64,000 nucleotides of DNA from Candidatus Melainabacteria bacterium (GTDB lineage Bacteria > Vulcanimicrobiota > JABDET01). The stretch covers positions 4,590 through 68,589 of the forward strand of contig JABDET010000001.1 of NCBI GenBank assembly GCA_013286945.1, written 5' to 3'. The notes beneath the pieces are model-generated. The model worked only from the letters and a program-made list of their open reading frames with translations. It was not told the origin of the DNA and made no database searches. Positions 26,445 through 34,600 of the stretch are shown one piece after another (position 1 is the stretch's first letter; each line of letters starts with the position of its first letter). The translations under genes and the position numbers were made by a program.

Positions 26445-27011
26445 TTAGAATGAAACCAGGGTCAGTCCTGAGGAAATGACTGTTGGTTCAGAAACAACGG
26501 ACGGAATGCCCAGCGGTGTGACATCAAACGATGGGTGATCGAGCAAGATGGATCCAGTGGCACCGTGTCTTGATTCAGCAAGCATCGCGTGGAGGTCTTC
26601 TTGTAATAGATTTCGGGTTAAAGAAACGGAGGTCGATTCTCGCTTGCTGGTGGGCAAAGTGAGATGATAACGCATCACCCCATCCGTCAAGATGGGAAAC
26701 ATTTGAATCTCCATGGATGAAAGAGAAAGGAGCGAGCCGGGAACTGTGGGGATCGCAGAAGGCTTTGGCAGCTGAGAGGTGCTTTTGGCGCTGTTCGACG
26801 CAAAAGCACTGAAAGCGGCACTCATCAGGGCAAAAAATAAAGCCAAACCTACTAAAAACCGGTTCACAGAAGCCCCCTTTATGCTTATATTATACCACAA
26901 CGAGTCCCGTTTAGCTAGCATTGGCGCGATTTTTTCGACTTCCATAAAACACAAGTATTCTCGAAAAGCTCTTCCTAAAGAGCTGCGGCCAAGTTCGTTT
27001 CTAGACTCCAA
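26445..27011 (-). CDS. Hypothetical secreted protein
   Basis: Contains a signal-peptide-like segment (FLVGLALFFALMSAAFSAFA). The true start is probably internal. Ser/Thr/Pro-rich. No domain recognised. Confidence 0.4.
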   Translation of the reverse strand: MESRNELGRSSLGRAFREYLCFMEVEKIAPMLAKRDSLWYNISIKGASVNRFLVGLALFFALMSAAFSAFASNSAKSTSQLPKPSAIPTVPGSLLSLSSMEIQMFPILTDGVMRYHLTLPTSKRESTSVSLTRNLLQEDLHAMLAESRHGATGSILLDHPSFDVTPLGIPSVVSEPTVISSGLTLVSF

Positions 27012-27127
27012 TTTGAGCTTCCTTCTTTGACTCGACGATCAGTGTCCTAAAATTAACATTTTGGTAACAGAAGCCGGATTGACATTTGACTTGTCTTCCA
27101 GTACAGTAAAATTTAACTACTAAACTA

Positions 27128-27583
27128 ATGAAAGGATGGTCTAAAAACATGAGTGGAGTTGCACAAGTTAGCGGTTTAAGTAGCGGTGGTGGTTCCCTTT
27201 CACGGTCAGTGACGATTGATCCGGAGCATTTAAGAAGGGCTGAGGAAGCCGCCAGACAGCTTCCCCAGGTGGAGGTCAGAGAGTACGAACATTCAGGCGA
27301 TTCTCTCGAGCGGCAAGAAAGCTCAAGGTTTCGGACCACAGGTGAAGCATTGCTTCCACTCGGTCCTGATCTCTTGGCCCTCGCGATTCAACTGGAAGAC
27401 AGCCGAGGCAGATTGAAACCGCGTCTCGAGCTCCCAGGATTTGTATTGACATATCGGAGCAGTTCTCCGGGTAAGGAAGTTCCAGTGTCATTAGTGAAAC
27501 GATTAGCCAATGATGTTCAATTGGAGTTGCTTGCGCAAGCGGCCAGAGATAAGGGAATGACGGGGCAAGTATTTCGCTGGTAG
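27128..27583 (+). CDS. Hypothetical protein
   Basis: 151-aa ORF divergent from 26445..27011. A possible sigma70-like promoter (TTGACA-N17-TACAGT) lies in the 116-nt divergent region. No domain recognised. Confidence 0.4.
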   Translation: MKGWSKNMSGVAQVSGLSSGGGSLSRSVTIDPEHLRRAEEAARQLPQVEVREYEHSGDSLERQESSRFRTTGEALLPLGPDLLALAIQLEDSRGRLKPRLELPGFVLTYRSSSPGKEVPVSLVKRLANDVQLELLAQAARDKGMTGQVFRW

Positions 27584-27640
27584 CTCTGTCGTAGATTTTG
27601 TTTCTAGGTCTCGAACTACAAATCGTTCTTTGAATAGCTT

Positions 27641-28234
27641 GTGGGAGTATTCAAAGAACGATTTTTGTTTGGCGGGTTAAAGAAGGAAAAAGAAGCCAGT
27701 TCAAGCAAAAACATGAGGATGAAGCGGGACAGGAAGTTCTACCGATTGATTTTGTTTGCACTGATGTTAGCAGTTTGTGGAACTGGTGGCTCGGTTCATT
27801 CAAAGAGTCCAGCAAAAACAATACTGGCTCCTGCTTTTTCCCTAAGAGATATTTCAGGGAAAACAGTTACTTTAAGTCAATTTAAAGGGAAAGTCGTGAT
27901 TCTTGATTTTTGGGCCACATGGTGCCCTCCTTGTCGCGAGGAAATTCCTCATCTGGTTGATTTCTATAATCGCTACAAGGGCAAGGGTGTGGTGATCGTG
28001 GGTGTTGCGCTCGATGACGAGGGGTTACGCGTTGTTAAACCCTTTGTGGAAAAACACAAGATCAATTATCCGGTGGTGATCGCCGATGATGCGGTGCAAA
28101 GCGCTTATGGACCCATTCAAGGAATTCCCACAAAGTTCATCATTGACCAGAATGGGAATATTGTGGCGAAGCTTATTGGCTATCAAGAAATCCAAGCGAT
28201 TGAAAAGAAAGTTAAACGTCTGCTCGGCAAATAA
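27641..28234 (+). CDS. TlpA/ResA-like thiol-disulfide oxidoreductase (thioredoxin fold), probable lipoprotein
   Basis: WATWCPPCREEIP CxxC active site. AhpC/TSA-redoxin family similarity. The likely real start is at the internal MRMKRDRKF…LAVCG, giving a lipobox. Confidence 0.85.
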   Translation: MGVFKERFLFGGLKKEKEASSSKNMRMKRDRKFYRLILFALMLAVCGTGGSVHSKSPAKTILAPAFSLRDISGKTVTLSQFKGKVVILDFWATWCPPCREEIPHLVDFYNRYKGKGVVIVGVALDDEGLRVVKPFVEKHKINYPVVIADDAVQSAYGPIQGIPTKFIIDQNGNIVAKLIGYQEIQAIEKKVKRLLGK

Positions 28235-28238
28235 CCGG

Positions 28239-29228
28239 CTACTGGCGGATGAACTCAATTCTCCGGTTAAGAGCTCGCCCTGTCGCGGTCTTGTTCGAGG
28301 CAAGGAAGTGTTTTTCACCTTTCCCTTCGGCTGACAAGCGATCGGGGTTGAGTTGAAACTGCGTTACCAAGACATGCTTTACCGATTCTGCGCGTCGGCG
28401 AGAAAGCTCAAGAGTTTCCTTTCGCGTTCCTCTCGAGTCGGAATACCCCACGATCTTAAGCTTGAGTTCAGGATGAGCAACCAGTGCCTCTGCAATGCTC
28501 TTTAAGACCGGCAACGATTCTTGCGCAACTTGATCCGTGTTAGAGTCGAAGTCGAGGGTGTCGGCTATGTAGTGCCCCTTGGAAAGGATAGCGTTTAGAA
28601 AGTCAGCAGGAGGGCTCGTAATTCGGACACGGGACATTTCGATGGGTGCCATTCCATCGACATTCTGAAGATGAATCCACACGGCGTGCACCGGCGGTGA
28701 TTGAGCTTGGTCCACATCCACGACCGGGCTTCCATTCACGCTAATCCCAAGTTTTCCATTCTCAGCCCAGACGTTAAAAGCCAGGGGTTGATTCACATCC
28801 AAAGGAATGGTGACATCTTCCTTTGAGCCTTCGACATCCAGGACCACTCGAACTTGATTTCGATCCACCGGAGACAAACTTGCACTCCATTTGGCGCCAT
28901 GAGCGTAGCTGTCCCCAAAATTCCAGATGATGCTTTGATTGTCGAGTTCCCCCGGTCCAAGGGTGAAGATCGATTCCAACATGAAATTGGCGGGAAGAAG
29001 CTTGAGCTTGGCTACAAGTTCGACATTTTCGTTGACAGCGAGCTGATGGATACCGTTGCCTGCATCGATGATCTGGGGAGTGGTACCGTTCACCTTCCAA
29101 CTGGAGAGAGGATGGCTGGAGGGGATGCCACTAAAATCATCATAAAACAAGAGCTCCCCATAAGCTTTTTGCATGGCGATCAAACTGAGGGCAAGTGATA
29201 ATAGGACGAATAATCTTTTCATGCCCAT
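28239..29228 (-). CDS. OmpA family protein with N-terminal beta-sandwich-like domain
   Basis: Signal peptide. The C-terminal OmpA-like peptidoglycan-binding domain has VGYSDSRG…LSRRRAESV. Convergent with the thioredoxin gene, 4 nt apart. Confidence 0.8.
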   Translation of the reverse strand: MGMKRLFVLLSLALSLIAMQKAYGELLFYDDFSGIPSSHPLSSWKVNGTTPQIIDAGNGIHQLAVNENVELVAKLKLLPANFMLESIFTLGPGELDNQSIIWNFGDSYAHGAKWSASLSPVDRNQVRVVLDVEGSKEDVTIPLDVNQPLAFNVWAENGKLGISVNGSPVVDVDQAQSPPVHAVWIHLQNVDGMAPIEMSRVRITSPPADFLNAILSKGHYIADTLDFDSNTDQVAQESLPVLKSIAEALVAHPELKLKIVGYSDSRGTRKETLELSRRRAESVKHVLVTQFQLNPDRLSAEGKGEKHFLASNKTATGRALNRRIEFIRQ

Positions 29229-29277
29229 TGGGGTTCGTTTGTCTCTTACGGTTTCCTCTAGAATTATGCAACTGGGC

Positions 29278-30423
29278 TCAAGCCACCCAGAAATTTAATG
29301 CCTGAAGAACCGTAAGGAAGGTTTGCAAGGAAAAGGATAAGCCGAGGAGGGCAAACCTGAGAAAACGGCGCTTTGGATCGTCAAAGGCCAATGCGAAAAC
29401 GATGTAAATGGGGAAGACAGGCAAAAGAAGGCGAGTGTAAGACATGAAACTCCCAAGGAGAGGAGTGAGACCAAAAAGGAGGGAGTAACTAAAGAGTACA
29501 ATATCGGTTTTCTTGTAAATGGAGTATAGAAGGGCTGCAAACAGAAGAAAGAACAGGCGATCCAAGACCAGATTGGTGTATCCATCCGGACCTGTACTCC
29601 AGGAAAATAGATTATGCAACAATGTTTCAGGATGAAAAAGATTCAGCACGTTCCGTTGAGAGACAAAATATTGTTGAGCCAAAAATCCTCGCCATGGATT
29701 GCCTGTTGCCCGGTAAATCCAATGCAAGTAGCACTCAAAACCGATGAGCGGCGCCAGGAGATAAGCCATTTGAAATCGGGCAGAAATTTTCGTTTGGGAA
29801 TCGAATTTGTCTGGATCATGGAGCTGGCTTAGGATATGGTAGGTGAGGAACGGAAAAACAATAAGGACACCCACCCCCCTGGTGAGTGGCAAAAGAAAAG
29901 AAAACAGTGCGGCCCAAAGGTATCGGTGGGAATACAAATAGTAAAAAAATGCGAAAAGAAGCAGCATGAACAACGACTCACTGTAAATCAACGAACAATA
30001 AAAATTGGTGGGAAAGACAAGCAAGGCTAGGAGACTTAGGGAAGCGATTCGAGCGTTAACCAGCATTCTCACGAGGAGAAAGAAATAACAGTAGGCTCCA
30101 AAAGAGCAAAGGTTGGATACAAGAAGCCCTGAAATAAAGGAGCTGTGCAAGACGCGTGTGAAGGCACGAATAACCCACGGGAACAAAGGGAAAAATGCAT
30201 CGGAACTTCTGTTTTTGGGGTAGCCTTTTTCGCTTAAATACAGATAATGCTGGGCATCCCAGGTTTCAAAAGCAGATTGAAGCGTGATTCCTTCTTCAGG
30301 ATGAGCAAGAAAATTCACCCGATGAGCTTCGCTATCAAAATACAAGAAGCGATACGCGAGAAAGATCGTAATGATGGTGCAGATCTTGAAGACAAAGATG
30401 AGTGCCACCATCTTCTTTGGCAT
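29278..30423 (-). CDS. Polytopic membrane protein, GT-C-like (PIG-V / mannosyltransferase-like) candidate
   Basis: 381 aa with about 10 TM helices. The first loop has FETWDAQHYLYLSEKGY, reminiscent of GT-C mannosyltransferase family signatures. The family call is tentative. Confidence 0.55.
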   Translation of the reverse strand: MPKKMVALIFVFKICTIITIFLAYRFLYFDSEAHRVNFLAHPEEGITLQSAFETWDAQHYLYLSEKGYPKNRSSDAFFPLFPWVIRAFTRVLHSSFISGLLVSNLCSFGAYCYFFLLVRMLVNARIASLSLLALLVFPTNFYCSLIYSESLFMLLLFAFFYYLYSHRYLWAALFSFLLPLTRGVGVLIVFPFLTYHILSQLHDPDKFDSQTKISARFQMAYLLAPLIGFECYLHWIYRATGNPWRGFLAQQYFVSQRNVLNLFHPETLLHNLFSWSTGPDGYTNLVLDRLFFLLFAALLYSIYKKTDIVLFSYSLLFGLTPLLGSFMSYTRLLLPVFPIYIVFALAFDDPKRRFLRFALLGLSFSLQTFLTVLQALNFWVA

Positions 30424-30516
30424 TGTAGAAAAGAATTTGTAAAGCCAAGCCGACTTTCCTTTTACAGTACTTTAGTTCGAAAGGACTACTCCTAAAGGAC
30501 TAACTCTAAAGCAGAA

Positions 30517-30545
30517 TTGACCCTTACTTCATTTTATTCTATACT
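30517..30545 (+). promoter_or_regulatory. Candidate sigma70-type promoter
   Basis: TTGACC (30517-30522), a 17-nt spacer, then TATACT (30540-30545), in an AT-rich intergenic region. It lies 140 nt upstream of the 30687 ORF. Confidence 0.25.
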
Positions 30546-30686
30546 AGCATTAATAAAGTTAACATGTTTCAAGCGTAATCCATAAAATACAAAGACAAAA
30601 ATCCAGAGGGAGATACAGGCCCAGCTTTGCTTTTGCCTGCTTGGATGCGCTCAATATGACTACAGACATAAGGGAGGTCAGGGGTT

Positions 30687-31088
30687 ATGAAGGATCGTTC
30701 ATCGGAGTTTTGGCAAAATCTGTTAGCCTGGTTGTCTCTAGCTGTTTTCTTGTTTTTGATGCCTAAGTTAGGATTCTCCCAGCCTCTTCCAAGCGGATCC
30801 GCTCCAAAACAGATCAAAATCAATCTCCAAAACCAAGCTTTAGTTAACTTTGTACTCGAAGATGGAACGGTCGTTCCTGAAAATGTCATTGCCATTCCTT
30901 CTGCCCTTTCTGAAGTGGCCGGTCACGTAGTCAATCATTCCGGGGCGCGGGAAGCCAACGCTTTGGTTCAAAAGGGAAAAGACTTGGTTCTCGAAGATGT
31001 CGAGACGCTAGAAACCACAGACACGACAGACAGTCAGGCCAGTGAGTTGACGGGTACCCATGATACGGGGATGGAAGCGATTCCCTAA
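30687..31088 (+). CDS. Hypothetical secreted protein
   Basis: 133 aa. N-terminal hydrophobic signal-like segment (LLAWLSLAVFLFLMPKLGFSQ). The acidic, Thr-rich C-terminus has no recognisable domain. Convergent with the TPS operon. Confidence 0.45.
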   Translation: MKDRSSEFWQNLLAWLSLAVFLFLMPKLGFSQPLPSGSAPKQIKINLQNQALVNFVLEDGTVVPENVIAIPSALSEVAGHVVNHSGAREANALVQKGKDLVLEDVETLETTDTTDSQASELTGTHDTGMEAIP

Positions 31089-31092
31089 AGAC

Positions 31093-31617
31093 CTACTTAG
31101 TTTTCCCTTTTTCACGAACGTCTTCCTGAATCTTAAACCACTTGGAAAGCTGAAGAGGGGTGAGAATCTGTCGGATCTTTCGACTTTTTTCAATGTTAGC
31201 CATTTCAACCTCAACCAGAATCTTGGCATTTGCCATTAATTGAGTGCGAATGACTGAAAGATCAGCATTTTGGTCAATCAATTTTCGAGATTCTTTTTTC
31301 CCGGTTTCTAGATTTGCTCTGAGTCCTTGCAATGCTTTTTTGTTCTCATCATAGATTCCCTGAAGTTTTGCCACTTGATCGTTCGAGAGACCGAGTTCAG
31401 TCTTAAAGTCCCAAAGATACTTAGTTTTTTCTTCATTTTGGGTGGGCGAAGGGGCGGGGTTCAAGGGGATGGCCGCCGCCACTACTTTCGTCGGCAACGG
31501 ATTTCCTTCTGCCCCACGATAAAACGGGAGTAATGAAAGAGAGAAAACGAAAAAGAGAAGGAAGCGGAAAGGCCCGCTTCTCCTCTCTGTATTCTTTGAA
31601 TCGAAGGGTTTCGTCAT
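31093..31617 (-). CDS. Spy/CpxP-family (LTXXQ-motif) periplasmic protein
   Basis: Signal peptide. Two LTXXQ-like motifs (LSNDQ, LTPLQ). Helical, K/E-rich, as in Spy/CpxP chaperones. Overlaps the tpsA stop by 4 nt, so it is the last gene of the TPS operon. Confidence 0.5.
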   Translation of the reverse strand: MTKPFDSKNTERRSGPFRFLLFFVFSLSLLPFYRGAEGNPLPTKVVAAAIPLNPAPSPTQNEEKTKYLWDFKTELGLSNDQVAKLQGIYDENKKALQGLRANLETGKKESRKLIDQNADLSVIRTQLMANAKILVEVEMANIEKSRKIRQILTPLQLSKWFKIQEDVREKGKTK

Positions 31618-34600
31618 TTCTTATGCTTTTTCTGTAATTCTAGGACTTGTTCAAGTAGCTCCTCGGAATTTAAGGCGGCGAATGCATCGCCAAAGCCAAA
31701 GGAGTTGTCAATCGAAACACCAAAAGTGAGGTCGAACAACTCGTCCACATTGGCAAGATCGACATTGCCTTGAGCGATTCCTGAGAAGAACGTATCTGGA
31801 TTAGCTCCAATGGCTCCAAGGTCCAGCAGGAGGAGCTGGAATGGGCTTAGGTTTCCTGGCGGACAATCAGACAAGCAGTTTCCATTAAAGATGATCTGAC
31901 CTGAGGGATCCGGGAGATCGGGTTCCGGCATCCCTAAAGTATTATCCACCGTGATTCCATTGATGTCAACGGAAACGAGGCCAAAAATTCCGCCAGACTT
32001 CACACTCAAGATTCCTGTCGGAATGTTGACTCTGACGGGGAAGAGCACGCTTCCAATGATTCCGCTGCCAGCGACAAGAGACGAATTGCCTCCTGCTGTT
32101 AAGTTAAAGCCAGCGCCATTGTGCGTGTTGTCAAGAATCGCATGGACCGCGGTTAACTCGATGGAACCGCTCGCTGTCAAATAGTTCAGAAGAAGATCAC
32201 CGGCACTGTTGCTGACCACAATATTCCCAGCCGGGCCTTGCGCCAGTAAGTTGTTCAAAATGAAGCTGTCTGCATTGTTGAAGTAGATGCCCCCATTGTG
32301 CGCGGTGGCGTTCAGCACGGCGATGCTTCCTTGAATGGGATCTCCGGGAGCTCCGATGCCTTTTCCTGCATCCAAGGTCACGTAGTAGCCAGTGATCAGG
32401 CTCGGATCACTTAGAATAGAGCCGGCTGCGGTTAAGCTGAGTGAATTGCTCATGCCGACATTCACGTTTCCGACGAAGATGTTTCCGCCGGTGTTGTCAA
32501 AGAAGACATCGGTTCCCACCATGTTGGCATTCAGGGTCAGATCGGCAAAGGTGAGTGATTCACCCGTTGTGGTGTTGACGTTCGCATTGCTGTTGTTCGT
32601 ATTGACTGTCAGCGTTTTCAAGGCTTGGTTGTTCGCATCGAAGATAGGAGCATCGGTCCCAGTCGTTGTAAGCGACAGGTTAGGTGTGTCAGTGACTAAA
32701 GCCTGTTCCTCAGTTCCGATGCCGTCAACCGCTGTGAGGACCACGACCGCTCCGGCCACATTCACCGGGGGATCCTCTCCAACGATGCTTTGTGCGGAGA
32801 GATTCGCAAGGCCCTTCGCCGACACAAGCCCAAGAATCAGGTCACCAGGTGAGCTGATCCAGATGGATCCATTGTCCGCATTGGCGTTCAAAGCGTTATC
32901 GAGAAGCACACTCACTGGCAGATCAGCACTTCCAATGTCCTCGCCAGCGGTTAACCTGGCATGATCTGCTGTAAGGTTAATTTCATTCTCGCCTGCGTTT
33001 AAGATCGATCCAGAGGCGTTCAGCGTGACTCCACCATCGCCATCGAGAGTGTTCACAAGGCCGAGGGCAATATTTCCGCCGGTATTGTTGAAAGTGAAGT
33101 CGGCTCCTGGGAGGTTGGCGTTAAGCTCGTCATCGTCAGAGACGCTGAAGTCGACGAATTCTTCTCCACCTTCGCCAACGAGAATATGAACATCCCCATT
33201 GTTGGTTGTATCCGATAAGTTGTCAAAGTTTTCAGAGTTGTAGATATAAGTTTCCGCACCAAGACCAGTGGTCGTGGTGGTGAGGTTACGTGTCCGGGTC
33301 CGGAGGGCCTGTTCATCGGTTCCGATTCCAGTCACCGCGGTCAGGGTAATCTCGCCATTCGGTGCGGACACATCAGTTTCTCCAAAGAATCCGAATGCTT
33401 CAGATGGATTGCTGCTCGTGATGGATCCTCCGGCCGTTACGTTGGCGTTCCCGCCAGAAAAGATATGCGTAATCTCTGCATTGTTTCCCGCCGTGATATT
33501 GATGTCGCCGACTCCGGTGGTTACCCCTGAGTCCGCGTTTACAAAAACATCGAAGCCGGCATTCATATCGATTCCGTTGTCCGGGCCACGGTTGCCTTCG
33601 CCAAAAGTGCTTTCCGTGGTGAGGTAAGAGCCGGTAATGTTGATGTTTCCATTGGCGGCGTTAAGCGCGATGTTACCACTTTGGACGCTTGAAGAGTTAT
33701 CGCTGTGGGCGAAGCTCACAATTTCGGAGTTGTTTACATTGACGTCTCCGTTCGTGGCTGTCAAGGAGATATTCCCACTGGTGGTCGGGTCGAACTGGCT
33801 TTGGGCCAAGCTTTCTACAGAGGAACTATCAATATTCACATTCTGGCCGCCGGTAATGATCACATTTCCGCTGGTCGGCTCGAGGATGCCACCCGTATTC
33901 GTGGCCTGACTCAGGACCGTCGAGCTGTCCACATTGACGTCACCTTCGTTGGCAACCAAGGTGACGTCACCACTCTGGCTGTTGCCGGAATTGCTTGTAC
34001 TCTTGCTTTGAACAAGGGAACTGTTCAGGTTAAGGTCGTTGCCACCTATCAGAGAGACAGCACCACTCTGGCTGCCTCCGGAATCGCTGTTGCTCTTACT
34101 TTGGACTTCCGAACGATTGTTGATGTTGATGTCGCTACCTGCGGTCAGGGATACGGTCCCACTCTGGCTATTTCCGCCGCCGCTAGCATCGCTGAAGCTC
34201 TGAATCGTCGAGCTGTTGACGTCCAGGTTGTTTCCAGCGTTCATCGTGATATCACCGCTGGTCGGGTCTCCTCCATTGTTCGCTTCCGAGTTCACGTACG
34301 AGTTGGCAATCACGATATCGTTGCCAGCGTTGAAGGTGATATTCCCGCTGATGACATTGGGGGAGGCAGTACTCGATGCCCTGGTTTGAATACTTGATTC
34401 ATGAATACTAATGTCTCCGTTTGTGGCTGTTAAGGAAATATTTCCACTGGTAGTCGGGTCGAACTCGCTTTGGGCTAAACTTTGGACAGAGGAACTTCCA
34501 ATATTCACATCCTGGCCAGCGCTGATGACTACATCTCCACTGGTCGGCTCGAGGATGCCACCCGTATTCGTCGCCTGAGTAAGAATGGCGGAACTGTTAA

